Shown here piece after piece: positions 40,594 through 52,376 of a DNA stretch of 64,000 bases. The stretch's first letter is position 1, and each line of letters starts with the position of its first letter. This DNA comes from Piromyces finnis finn (taxonomy: Eukaryota; Fungi; Neocallimastigomycota). The stretch lies in contig MCFH01000035.1 in the NCBI GenBank assembly GCA_002104945.1, positions 518,567-582,566 of the forward strand. Reading direction: 5' to 3'. The notes beneath the pieces were generated by a model. It had not been told where the DNA came from and ran no database searches. It saw only the letters and a list, made by a program, of their open reading frames with translations. A program made the translations under genes and the position numbers.

Positions 40594-40993
40594 CTGCCCG
40601 TCCTAAGGGTCGTTTCGCCGGACGACCCAAAAATTTATGGACACTGGCACGTCATAATAATTTGGACATGGACACTTCCACGACACTTAGAAAAATTTTG
40701 AGAATTTTCAAAAAATGGAAATTCACAATTTTTGAAAAAAAATCTAAGTGTTGAAAAAGTGAAGTGTAAAAGTGTTCAAGAAAAGTTGAGAGGGTATCAC
40801 GTGGATTCTTCAGAAATGGAGACTACACGTGAAGGTTAGGGAAATGATATGACTCGAGGGGAAGCGGATTTTGGGGTGCGGAAAAGGTTGCGAAATTTGA
40901 GGGTTGAGGGCAAAGGCGAAAGAGGGTGGTTGGGTAGCGGAATAGTGGTTGGTAGTTGTAGTGGTGGCGACTAGTGGGTAGCGGAGTTGTGGG

Positions 40994-41175
40994 TAGTAGG
41001 TGGGGTAGTGGCGATAGGTGGGTAGTGAAGGAGTAAGAGTGGTAGACACTAGTAGGTGGGGTAGTGGCGATAGGTGGGTAGTGAAGGAGTAAGAGTGGTA
41101 GACACTAGTAGGTGGGGTAGTGGCGATAGGTGGGTAGTGAAGGAGTAAGGGTGGTAGACACTAGTAGGTGGGGTA
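40994..41175. repeat. 56-bp G-rich tandem repeat (3.25 copies) in the element A 3' UTR
   Basis: Unit TAGTAGGTGGGGTAGTGGCGATAGGTGGGTAGTGAAGGAGTAAGAGTGGTAGACAC at 40994, 41050 and 41106, partial at 41162. Confidence 0.92.
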
Positions 41176-41194
41176 CTAATAAGTGGGGTCCAGA

Positions 41195-43676
41195 TTAAGA
41201 ATCTGGGACGGAATTGGTGAATTGTTGGTAAGCGCGACGTTGGTAATCAGCTAAAAGGGTGCTGTAGTAGTCATCCTTATCAATGGTGTCAGCATTGATC
41301 CAACGTTGAGATAAGTCAGTAAAAGTGACTAAGTACTCGTAAAAATGACCCGATTTACGAGAACTAAGGATCTTGGTGATTTCATTGGAGTTGGGATGGT
41401 TGAGCAATAGATGGTGAGGAGTGGGATGATATGGTTCGAGTTCACTGATGTGGAATACGGGGTAGACACGAGGGAAAGGTGAGGTAGATAAATCAAGGCG
41501 GTAGTTGAGCTTAGATTCATCGACACCAGTGACCTTGTATGGACCATACTTGCGGGTTTGGAGCTTGAACGCTAATGGAGGATGATAATTAGCGGGTTTG
41601 CGAAGCCAAACAAGATCGTGGACCTTGAAGCGCTTAAAGTTGTGATAAAGGTGCTTATCCTTTTCATCGAGATAACGGGTACGACTGACTTCGAGAGTAT
41701 GCTTAAGGTCAGCTAAATTATGGGAGAAGCTATCGATGAGGGGATGAAGTCCTAAAGAAGAAACAAGGTCTGCAACTTGTGGGTTTGCGTGAACTTGATA
41801 ATTATAAACGGAGAGAAATGGTGGTTGCTTGGTGGAAGCATGGATGGAGTTGTTGTAGCAAAATTCAGCTAAGTACAAATGATCCATCCAACTGAGATCA
41901 TCAAATTGAGCTAAGTAGCAACGAAGATAAGTTTCAACGTAGTCGTTGTTACGTTCTACTTGTCCAACAGTGCGGTGATGGCCAGTAGTAGCAGAGTGGT
42001 GATCGATATTAAAGAATTCCATCAAGTGGGACCAAAGACGACTTTCGAACTGAGTACCACGGTCTGTAACAATAGATAAGGGGAATCCGTGCAGTTTGAA
42101 AATATGGTTAAGAAAAGCAGTAGCAGTTTCCTTAGCAGTGGGTAAATGTTTGAACCCAACTAAGTGTATCATCTTAGTTAAGTAGCAAGTAGTAACCATT
42201 ATGGTACCTTGATGGTGGTTCGGATTGGTAGAGTCGAATGGTAAGGTAGAATTACAAGGTCTTGATGGTAAGTCCGTGATAAAGTCCATTTGTAGGTGTT
42301 GCCATGGAAGTTCCGGAAGAGGGACACGGATCATATTACCATAAGGAGCATGGTGATCGGTTTTCATTGCCTTGCATACACTACAGCTTCGAATATAAGA
42401 CTCGACATCTTGACGCATATTAACCCAATAGAAATTACGTTTAAGAATGTCATAAGTCTTATCGACTCCCAAGTGACCGGCAGTGGGTGCATCATGGTTG
42501 AGCTTAATAACTAAGAGTCTTAGTTGACTTGGAACATATACTTGCTCCGGATGTTTGGTTCTTATTAAAAGGCCATCTTGAAGAATCCAAGGATGATCAC
42601 TATTTGGAACTTCAAGATCCTTAAGAATCTGACAAGCGGTTTCATCTTGAAGGTAGCACTGCTTAATGTCGTCAATGAAGCTAGTTTCCATAGAGAAGTA
42701 GCATTCATCTTCGTTGAATCCTTCTAATTGAGTTGGTTTAAGTAAGGACGATTCACTTATATCCTTACCAACTGTGAGCATATGGTCGGATCTACGAGAG
42801 AGAGCATCAGCTTTACCATTTTTCTTTCCTGGTCGATAGATAATCTTGAAATCAAAGGTAGCAAAGTATTCTTGCCAACGAGCTTGTCTTTGGGATAGAA
42901 GTTGCGGTTTGGTAGCAAAAAGCAAGTTTCGATGGTCTGAATAAACGGTAATAGGATATTTTGCACCTTGAAGTAAGTGACGCCATTCGATAAAAGCTTG
43001 ACGAATTGCTAAGAGTTCCTTTTCGGTGATAGAGTAATTAAGTTCTGCATCATGAAGGGTTTTAGAAAAGTAATAAACTGGATGCAGGTCTCCATCATCA
43101 CCTTTTTGTGAAAGTACTCCCCCGATAGCAAAGTCACTTGCGTCACATTCAACTATGAATGGTTTATCATGATCAGGACAAAGTAAAACTGGGGCTGAAG
43201 TAAGAAATTCTTTAAGTTGATTAAATGCTCTATTACACTCGTCTGTCCATATGAAAGTGACGCCTTTCTTAGTTAAATTGTATAATGGTTTTGCAATTTT
43301 AGAAAAGTTAGAGATAAAGCGACGGTAGTAATTGCATAACCCTAAGAAGGACTGAACTTCTTTCACAGTAGTAGGGATAGGCCAGTTCTTAACTGCTTCA
43401 ATTTTGTGAGGATCAGTTTTGATTCCCTCCTTACTGATTACGTGACCCAAAAATTCGATTTCAGCTTTATGAAACTCACATTTTTTGAGTTTCGCAACTA
43501 AGTTGTTTTCAATGATTAATTGAAGAACATTTCTAACATGTTGAACATGTTCTTCAAGGGTCTTGGAGTAGATAATGATATCATCCAAGTACACTTGAAC
43601 GTACTTATTAATTTGATCACTAAAGATATCATTAATGAAAGCTTGGAAAACTGCAGGAGCATTAGTTAGTCCAAAA
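41195..43676 (-). pseudogene. Element A pol, 3' part (RT C-half, RNase H, integrase, chromodomain-like)
   Basis: Resumes at (MP)FGL; YLDD; ECDASDFAIG; HDAPTAGH...CSVC; QMDFIT, TDRG, VERNN; YEYLVTF...W. No internal stops. Confidence 0.9.
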
Positions 43677-44320
43677 GGCATTGTAATGGCGACACAGAAA
43701 GAATAGATTAGGATATCTATTCTATTACAATAACACAAAATTTGAAAAATAAAATAAAAAATTGTTTTATAAAATATCTTTTATTATAATAGAATTTTAA
43801 TAATAACAATTACATCGATAAAATGATGAAAAATATCTTCTATTTATATTTTTCCTAAATACATTTATATTATATTATAACTATTTATTTCTTATATATT
43901 ATTATTTAAAATCTACACTAAAATCTTAATTATTAATAAATATTTAAACTATAACTATTTTTAGTAAAATACAATTGGCAATTCAAATTAAGTACCATTT
44001 AATTTGAATATGTGCCCATGTATTATTGATATATTAATCATTTATTATTTATCTATTTCTATAAAAAAACAATACTAAAACTAGGGATTTAAATTGAGAA
44101 TATTAATTTACTTGTTAAACATTAAAAATAAATTAATAATTTATTTTGTTTTAAACTTTAATTATTAATAAATAAATTATGTCTCATTTTCTTTTTCTGA
44201 ATATAATTTGTGTAACTTAAACAATAATACTTGTGGCTTAAGTTACATTAAAGATATCAAACAGAGGCGTTTGATATCTTTACAATCTCTCTCTCTAAGT
44301 CGAGCTCCTGCGAGATTAAT

Positions 44321-47300
44321 TTATAAGGAATCTTTTCTCGAAGGAATTTCAATTACAAATGGTTGGTATCTGTGCTTGATTAGATTACCAACTTTATTCT
44401 TTCTAATTTTCATGGAGGAGTCGTTCGACTTATATTTTGACTTTTTAGAGTTTCTTTCAAACTCTTGTATTAATTGTTTATCTGGAATCTGATCTTCAGA
44501 AATCCAAGTGGATTTGTCAAATCCTTTCCATGATAACTTATAAAATGTTTCACCATTAACAGATTTCATCTTTTCAATTTTCTCTGGAATTTTTTCAATT
44601 AAATCTGTGTTAAGGTGAATGTTCCTCTTCCTACGATTAGACCTGTCGTTAAACTTGTTTTCAAAGTATGGTTCTAACAATGAAACATGAAAGACTGGAT
44701 GACATCTCATTGTCTTTGGAAGTTTCAATTTGAAAGCGAGAGAACTAACTTTTCCAATTATCTCAAATGGGCCAAGCATTTGAGGTGCTAATTTTCTCTT
44801 TAGGTTAGTTCCAGGAGAATCTTTCAATAACCATACCTTCTTTCCCACTTCGAACTCCGGGGGAATCATTCTCTTCATATCGGCATATTTCTTATATGTT
44901 TCTTTTGCTTTTTCTAAGTTTTCTTTTAATAATTTAAAGTTTTCATTCATATCAATTACTCTTTGTTCAGCTCTACTAGGTCTATCATTAGCTGGAATTT
45001 CTAAGCTGAACTTTGGATGAAAACCATAATTAGCAAAGAATGGAGATTGATTTATAGATTGTTGTAAAGTATTATTATATGCAAATTCAGCAAATGGGAT
45101 AAGATCAACCCAGTTATTCTGCTTTTTATTTATAAAACAACGGAAATATTGTTCTAATATGCCGTTCACCCTCTCCGTTTGACCATCTGTCTGCGGATGG
45201 TTAGCAGTTGATAATGAATGATTGATATTAAGAAGGTCACAAAGTCTTGACCAAAAGTCAGAAGTAAATTGCGAGCCTCTATCAGAAATGATGGAATCAG
45301 GAAGACCATGCAAACGGAAGACATTAGCAATAAAAGCATCAGCAGCAATCGAAGCAGTAGGAAGACAACGTAAAGGAATGGCGTGAGCAAATTTAGTAAA
45401 TCTATCGACAACAACCATGAGAGTTGTCATATCTCTGGACTTAGGAAGATCAACAATAAAATCAATAGAAATATCAGACCAGGGCCTACTGGGAGTGTCC
45501 AAAGGGGATAACAATCCATAAGGCTTATGTCTGGGGACTTTGGATTTGCAACAAGTCACGCAAGATTTGATAAAAGATTTAACGTCTGAATGAAACCTTG
45601 GCCACCAAAAGTTTCTGGAAATCAGTTCAGTGGTTTTCTTAATACCGAAATGACCAGCAGCAACAGAATCATGATGAAGTTCCAAAACTCTTGTCCTAAG
45701 AGATTTAGGAACATAAATAAGATTATTATATAACAAAAATCCCTCGTTATCAATAATAACTTTATCAATATTTTTAATAGGTGCATTACATGCAGAACCA
45801 TTCATTTTAAATTGGACAATAGAATTATACAAATCGTCATTTTTAAGTTCTAATAAAATAGAATCGATTAACGGTTTGTTATCGCTATGATGAAACGAAA
45901 TAGTAAGACAAGAAACATCAGAATTAATATTATTCTCTACATGATCACTTCTACGAGACAGGATATCAGGCTTACCGGATTTCTTTCCAGCTCTATAAAT
46001 GAGTTTAAAATCAAATCTGGATAAGAACAAATTCCATCTAATTTGTCTCTGAGATAACATTTCAGGTTTTCTAGGAAATGTTAAATTCTTGTGATCAGTA
46101 TAAATTATGAACGGATGGCGTGCACCTTCTAAATAATGACGCCATTCTTCAAGAGCAACTACAATAGCTAAAAGTTCCTTGTCATATATAGGATAGTTTC
46201 TTTGACAACTCGTCAAACTTTTAGAAAGAAATGCAATAGGATGTAATTTGCCATCAAATTCTTGAGAGAGAATAGCACCGACAGCATAATTACTAGCATC
46301 AGTTTCTACAATAAATTGTTTATTACTATCCGCATGTTTCAGAATAGGAGCTGACGTGAACAGAGATTTTAATAAAATAAAAGCGTCCTGATCTTCTTTC
46401 ACCCAGTTAAAAGCAACATTCTTTCTAGTGAGTTTGTGAAGAGGGTTTGCAATTTTAGCAAAGTCTTTAATAAAAATTCTGTAATAGTTGCATAAACCAA
46501 TAAAAGACTGAACCTCTTTAACATTCTTGGGAACCGGCCAATTGAGAATTGCTTTAACTTTATTTTCATCCATTTGCAATCCATCCTTTGAAATGACATA
46601 ACCAAGAAAAGTGGTTTTCTCAACATCAAACTCACATTTTTCTAATTTAACATAAAGATTATTTTCAAGTAGTTTCTTAAGTACCTTTTTAACATGCTCA
46701 TGATGTTCTTCGATATTATTAGAATAAATAAGAATATCATCAATATATGAGATAACAAAATCGTCTAAATAGTCACTAAGGACATCGTTAATGAAGTGTT
46801 GAAAAGTTGCAGGTGCATTCTTTAATCCAAAAGGCATAACCAGATATTCAAAATGTCCATATCTAGTACGAAAAGCCGTTTTGTATTCGTCACCTTCTTT
46901 AATACGAACAAGATTATAAGCGGATTTAAGGTCTAATTTAGTAAAAATCTTAGCATTTTTCACCCTATCCAAAAGGTCACTAATTAAAGGTAAAGGATAT
47001 GAATTACGAATGGTAATATCATTCAACTTTCTATAATCGATACAAAGTCTTAGGGAGCCATCCTTCTTTTTAACAAATAAAATTGGGGCACCAGCAGGAG
47101 ACGATGATTTCCTAATAAAACCTTTATTTAAATTATCATCAATATATTTTTTAAGTTCCTCTCTTTCAACTTCAGTTAATGGATACAAAGGTCCATAAAA
47201 TAAAGTCGAATCATCTTTAAGTTTGATTTCACAATCATAAGGTCTATGAGGAGGTAACACTTCACAATTTTTTTCATTAAACACTTCACTAAATTCTAAA

Positions 47301-48871
47301 TATTGGGTTGGTACGGCGACCAATTTATCTTTATTAATATCTTTTCCATTATTATTATTATTACTACATGATTCGTTATCATTATTACATGTTTCATTAA
47401 TTTTTGTTACAATACATTTAACTTTTTTATTAAAACTAATATATTCATCATCGCTATCATCTTCATCATTGATGGTTCTAACAAGGCGGCCTTTAACATA
47501 TTCTTTTTCTTCATTTTTTGGGACAGAGGGATCTACTTTCGGCTTTTTGGTCAAGCTTCGGTCGAGAACATCATGATCTAACTGATCATTCTTTGACTTC
47601 TTTCTTGGTTTTCTCTTTCTTTTGCCTTTATTACAATGTCTGGCACAATAACCAGAACTAAAAGCGATTTTCTTAGAGTCGTAGAAAGCATTTGGATTAT
47701 GCTTCTTTATCCACGGCAAACCAAGAATAACATCAACACCGGGGACTTGTAATCCATAAAGTTGAATTACTTCGAAGTGATTTTTGCAACGGAGCATGCA
47801 CTTCTCAGTCCTTTCCCAAACACTAACAACTCCATCACTAACACCTGAAACACGGAATGGTTCCACTTTTTCCAAATTAATACCAAGTTCTTCAGCAAGA
47901 CTTGGATTAATGAAATTTAATTCAGAACCGGAATCAATTAAAACCTTAATTTTAACTTCCGAAACTTCATTGGTACTCAAGTAAAAGTCCACAAGGTTTA
48001 AATCACTTTTCACTCCCTTAACTCCAACTTTGTAAATTTTTGGATTAACAATTTTTGGAGTCCTTTCTTTAACAATTCTTAACACTTTTCTGGGCTTTAC
48101 TCTATTAGGACAATTAAATTTTAAATGTCCCGGTTGTTTACAAAGAAAACATAACCCTTTTTTCTTTTCTTCTTCAAAGTTATCTATGTTTTCATTGTAA
48201 TTTTTACTTGATCCTTGAATATTCACATACCTTTTTCGTTTATTCTCTCTACTAATTTTAAATACATCCACATCCATAGGATCATTAGCCCTTCTACCAT
48301 TAAAATAAAATTCACTTAAAGAATTCCTTTTCATCATATCTTCAACTAAAATAGTTGAAGAAATCAATTGTTCAATTGAAGTTGGGTTTGATTCAATGAA
48401 AGCCAACTTCTCCCTAAGTGGTGGTAATAAACCTTTCAGAAACATGTAGATTTTTGCGCTATCATTAAAGCTTGAATTTTGGCTAATACGTTGAAACTCG
48501 GTAATGTAATCTAATACCTGACCAAGTTTCCTTTGGCGAAGATTATCTAATTTTCCGTTAGCTACAACGGTATCGTATCTATAACTGCCAAAATTAGCCT
48601 TCAACCTATCTACAAATTCATCATAATGGTTTAAAACCCCACTATTATTCTTCATCAACACTGAAGCCCATTCCAAAGGTTTACCAGAGAAGTATGATAT
48701 AACGAAGTCGACCTTGACTCGATCTGTATTGTACAGTGTCGGTCGAGTACGAAATACCAACTCCACTCTAGTTAAAAATCCATCTAATTCACGTTGTTTA
48801 CCAGAGAATATCGGTGGAGCATTAATAATGTTCCCCGAGTTCCCGGAAACACCCACATTCCTATCACCCAT
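44321..48871 (-). CDS. Element D Gag-Pol polyprotein (gag, CCHC knuckle, PR, RT, RH, IN, chromodomain-like)
   Basis: Single open frame. CFLCKQPGHLKFNC, LIDSGS, YIDD, ETDASNYAVG, HDSVAAGH...CVTC, SIDFIV/SDRG/TERVN, FYKLSWKGF. First in-frame ATG at 48871; the ORF track starts at an upstream TTG (48913). Confidence 0.92.
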   Translation of the reverse strand: MGDRNVGVSGNSGNIINAPPIFSGKQRELDGFLTRVELVFRTRPTLYNTDRVKVDFVISYFSGKPLEWASVLMKNNSGVLNHYDEFVDRLKANFGSYRYDTVVANGKLDNLRQRKLGQVLDYITEFQRISQNSSFNDSAKIYMFLKGLLPPLREKLAFIESNPTSIEQLISSTILVEDMMKRNSLSEFYFNGRRANDPMDVDVFKISRENKRKRYVNIQGSSKNYNENIDNFEEEKKKGLCFLCKQPGHLKFNCPNRVKPRKVLRIVKERTPKIVNPKIYKVGVKGVKSDLNLVDFYLSTNEVSEVKIKVLIDSGSELNFINPSLAEELGINLEKVEPFRVSGVSDGVVSVWERTEKCMLRCKNHFEVIQLYGLQVPGVDVILGLPWIKKHNPNAFYDSKKIAFSSGYCARHCNKGKRKRKPRKKSKNDQLDHDVLDRSLTKKPKVDPSVPKNEEKEYVKGRLVRTINDEDDSDDEYISFNKKVKCIVTKINETCNNDNESCSNNNNNGKDINKDKLVAVPTQYLEFSEVFNEKNCEVLPPHRPYDCEIKLKDDSTLFYGPLYPLTEVEREELKKYIDDNLNKGFIRKSSSPAGAPILFVKKKDGSLRLCIDYRKLNDITIRNSYPLPLISDLLDRVKNAKIFTKLDLKSAYNLVRIKEGDEYKTAFRTRYGHFEYLVMPFGLKNAPATFQHFINDVLSDYLDDFVISYIDDILIYSNNIEEHHEHVKKVLKKLLENNLYVKLEKCEFDVEKTTFLGYVISKDGLQMDENKVKAILNWPVPKNVKEVQSFIGLCNYYRIFIKDFAKIANPLHKLTRKNVAFNWVKEDQDAFILLKSLFTSAPILKHADSNKQFIVETDASNYAVGAILSQEFDGKLHPIAFLSKSLTSCQRNYPIYDKELLAIVVALEEWRHYLEGARHPFIIYTDHKNLTFPRKPEMLSQRQIRWNLFLSRFDFKLIYRAGKKSGKPDILSRRSDHVENNINSDVSCLTISFHHSDNKPLIDSILLELKNDDLYNSIVQFKMNGSACNAPIKNIDKVIIDNEGFLLYNNLIYVPKSLRTRVLELHHDSVAAGHFGIKKTTELISRNFWWPRFHSDVKSFIKSCVTCCKSKVPRHKPYGLLSPLDTPSRPWSDISIDFIVDLPKSRDMTTLMVVVDRFTKFAHAIPLRCLPTASIAADAFIANVFRLHGLPDSIISDRGSQFTSDFWSRLCDLLNINHSLSTANHPQTDGQTERVNGILEQYFRCFINKKQNNWVDLIPFAEFAYNNTLQQSINQSPFFANYGFHPKFSLEIPANDRPSRAEQRVIDMNENFKLLKENLEKAKETYKKYADMKRMIPPEFEVGKKVWLLKDSPGTNLKRKLAPQMLGPFEIIGKVSSLAFKLKLPKTMRCHPVFHVSLLEPYFENKFNDRSNRRKRNIHLNTDLIEKIPEKIEKMKSVNGETFYKLSWKGFDKSTWISEDQIPDKQLIQEFERNSKKSKYKSNDSSMKIRKNKVGNLIKHRYQPFVIEIPSRKDSL

Positions 48872-48962
48872 TTCCAAATTCAAATTTTCAAATTCACTAA
48901 TTAAACCCTCCAACTTACTAAAATAAATAAAATGTTTTCTTACTACTATTTCAAGTAAGTAA

Positions 48963-48993
<31 letters not shown>

Positions 48994-49130
48994 ATTTATA
49001 AAAGATAATTTTAGTATATCTAACAATACAAAAGTTATTCAGACGCGTTCTGCAAAAAGCAGTGTCGAACAAGTTTTGTACTACTAATCAATCCTTAATG
49101 GTTATTCTTGGTCCTTTCTTCCCACTCGGC

Positions 49131-49250
49131 GGCGGTAGATTCAATTTCAACCCAGTAGTTATTCCTTCTTTTTTCTTCTTTTACTCGGCGGTAGACTCAA
49201 TTTCAACCCAGTAGTTATTCCTTCTTTTTCTTCTTTTACTCGGCGGTAGA
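49131..49250. repeat. 55-56-bp tandem repeat (about 2.2 copies) in the element D leader
   Basis: CGGCGGTAGA(T/C)TCAATTTCAACCCAGTAGTTATTCCTTCTTTTT(T)CTTCTTTTACT repeated. Confidence 0.9.
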
Positions 49251-49893
49251 TACCCTAACGTATTCTTGGTTTTCGTTAGGTAATTGTTATTGTAATGGCG
49301 ACACAGAAAGAATAGATTAGGATATCTATTCTATTACAATAACACAAAATTTGAAAAATAAAATAAAAAATTGTTTTATAAAATATCTTTTATTATAATA
49401 GAATTTTAATAATAACAATTACATCGATAAAATGATGAAAAATATCTTCTATTTATATTTTTCCTAAATACATTTATATTATATTATAACTATTTATTTC
49501 TTATATATTATTATTTAAAATCTACACTAAAATCTTAATTATTAATAAATATTTAAACTATAACTATTTTTAGTAAAATACAATTGGCAATTCAAATTAA
49601 GTACCATTTAATTTGAATATGTGCCCATGTATTATTGATATATTAATCATTTATTATTTATCTATTTCTATAAAAAAACAATACTAAAACTAGGGATTTA
49701 AATTGAGAATATTAATTTACTTGTTAAACATTAAAAATAAATTAATAATTTATTTTGTTTTAAACTTTAATTATTAATAAATAAATTATGTCTCATTTTC
49801 TTTTTCTGAATATAATTTGTGTAACTTAAACAATAATACTTGTGGCTTAAGTTACATTAAAGATATCAAACAGAGGCGTTTGATATCTTTACA

Positions 49894-52295
49894 GGCATGA
49901 CTAAGTACTCAAAGTGACCAAATGCCGTCCTGAATGCAGTCTTGTACTCGTCACCTTCTTTAATCCTAATTAAATTATAAGCTGACTTGAGGTCTAACTT
50001 AGTGAAATAGTTAGCACCTTTCATTGATTCAAAGACTGATAGGATTAAAGGTAGCGGATAGGCATTCTTGATAGTTTGGTCGTTGAGCTTGCGATAGTCA
50101 ACGCAAAATCTTAGACTACCATCCTTCTTATCTTGGAGTAGAACTGGATGTCCAGCAGGAGATCGGGATTTTCTAATGAATCCTTTATTCAAGTTTTCTT
50201 CAATATACTCCTTAATAAATTGACGTTCAGTAGGAGTAGTTGGATAAATTGGCCCATAAAATAATGAAGCATTAGGTTTCAAATCGATAGAACAATCATA
50301 TACACGATGTTCAGGAAGTTCATCGGCTCGTTCTTCATTGAAGGCTTCATATAAATCTTCATATTCCAAAGGTATACCGTTGATAGATTCTACTAGTTCA
50401 GGATTCTGATCATCGGCTATGAAGACTGTTTCTGTTGGAATGGAAGTTGATTTATCTAGATTTGAGTCTTCGAGTTCCGTGATAAACATAACTTCATGAA
50501 GAGGTGTAGATTTCTTCAAATCATTCCTAAAGTTAGGAGATTTAATCTCAGATCCATTATGGTTGGAGAAAGGAACAGGACCGATTTTAACTGTAAAGGA
50601 ATGGTCAGGTTGTGTTAAGATACAGAAGAAGTTGGTTTTCATGAACTTAGAACCTAGGAGAATCGAAGAAGGAAGCTGATCAGCTACGTGGCATCGAAGT
50701 TTGTATTGACGAACTTCTTCTCGAGTTCCTCCTATAGAAGATAAGTTCATTACAATGTTGAACTCTTCTGTGATGTAATGCATTAGGACATTACCTCCCA
50801 TGACCTTTACAACAGTATCAGCTGGTATGGTCTTAATTCCTAGTTTCTTCACTAAATCCATATGGATTACATTGGTAGTAGAGCCGGAATCTAAGAGAGA
50901 CGAAGTGATAACCTGTCTAGATCCTTTAGAAGTTTTTACACTAGTCTTCACGATGGGATACTTCTCCGGATCAGGATTTGGTAGCTCTAAGATATCTTGC
51001 TCTTCTACTTCACAGAGATAGCTGGAGTATGAAGTACCATTATTAGGTTTAGTACTTTTATTGGGATTTTGGGTACTAGACTTGCTATCCAAGTTACTGG
51101 AGCCTTTTCCTTTTTGGTTAGACGGGCGATTGTTGTTATTGTTGTTCCTTTGGTTGTTATTACGATTGTTAGTCTTGTTAGGGTTCTTGGAATAAAGACT
51201 GCCATGAATACCTAATAAATTAGCTATTAAGGGCTCTTTGTCCTTGTAGTTAGCTTGTCTTTCCAAAGTATCATCGTAATAAGTATCCTTGGAAGCATCA
51301 TATTTGATTAGAAGATTCTTCAGTTCTTCTAACGTCTGTCTATCCGAAGTTAATTTACTAAAGGCGTGGTTCACGGTAGGTCGAACTTGGAAAAGCATGA
51401 TGGTTAATTGAATGTCTTCGGAACATCCAATTAATTTGACATATTGGGAGAATTTTCCTAAGTATTCGGAAGCTTTTCCCCAACTATGTCTGAGCTTCAT
51501 CAGGTCGATTTTGGTGATGTTGATATCCTTCGGGTTAAGGAATCTCTTACTTAAAGCTTCGTAAAGAACTTTTCTATTCGGATGAGATTCCTGGAAGTCT
51601 GCTTGTTCAACATCGTACCAATCTGCAGCATCACCAGTAAGACAATCTTCAATGAAGTTTACTTTCATAGCTTCATTGTTTCCATAGAACTTGATGTGTC
51701 TTAAGAAGTGGTGTTCGCATCGACGGATGAATCTACGTAATTGAATACTTTCTCCTGAGTAAGAAAGCATTTTTTCAGCGACGTTTGGAGGCGAAGCATC
51801 TCCCATGATGACGTCACCGTCAGGTTCGTGAGGGGTAGTAGCAGAAGGAGTAACGGGAGTAGACAACTCATCAACTCTTTGAGTAGCCTTGCTGATATGA
51901 GCTTTGATATCAGCGAGTTGATTGTCTTTCCTAGCATCGTTGACTTCTAAGGTAGCCATCTTACCCATAATAACTTGAGTAGAGTTTTCCAAAACAGTCA
52001 AACGATCATTGAGACTTTCGTTTTCCCTTCTGGTAGCTTGAATATCAACCTTTAACTGATTGATATTCCCAGTTAAGGTAGCAGTTAAAGACTCAATGAG
52101 GGCCTTGAGATCCTCATTAGTAGTTGGCTTCTGAGTAGGATTACTCGTAGAAGCATTAGCTTGTCCGGAATGATTAGGCATCTTTGATTTTCTTACGGGA
52201 GTATTTCCTGGGGAACGTTCTCTCTTGGTAGTTTGTAGGCGATTAAAAAATTCTTTTGTATCCACTTTAATAGGTGTAAGTGGAGACTTTTCCAT
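49894..52295 (-). pseudogene. Element A gag-PR-RT, 5' part, broken by insertion of D
   Basis: ATG at 52295; coiled coil, gag capsid-like segment (LTGDAADWY), PR LLDSGS, RT through HFEYLVMP, where the D LTR begins. Confidence 0.9.
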
Positions 52296-52376
52296 TAAAC
52301 TTTAATTATTATATTTAGTTATTAATAATTACTAACTAATTGGTGCTTAGCGCACTTTTATAATAAGCGTTAGTAA

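Larger units (their letters stand above)
43682..49893 (-). mobile_element. Ty3/gypsy element D (chromovirus-like), apparently intact, nested in the RT of A
   Basis: 603-bp LTRs at 43682-44284 and 49291-49893; TSD GGCAT (43677-43681, 49894-49898); PPT AGAGAGAGAGA next to the 3' LTR. Confidence 0.96.

Noticed and set aside
40994-41175. CRISPR-like array
   Set aside because: The units are contiguous with no unique spacers, there are no cas genes, and the context is a eukaryotic retrotransposon UTR.
43682-43738. N-terminus MCYCNRIDILIYSFCVAIT of ORF 41195-43738 and C-terminus VKISNASV of ORF 49866-52295
   Set aside because: Both are chance read-through into the LTRs of nested element D.
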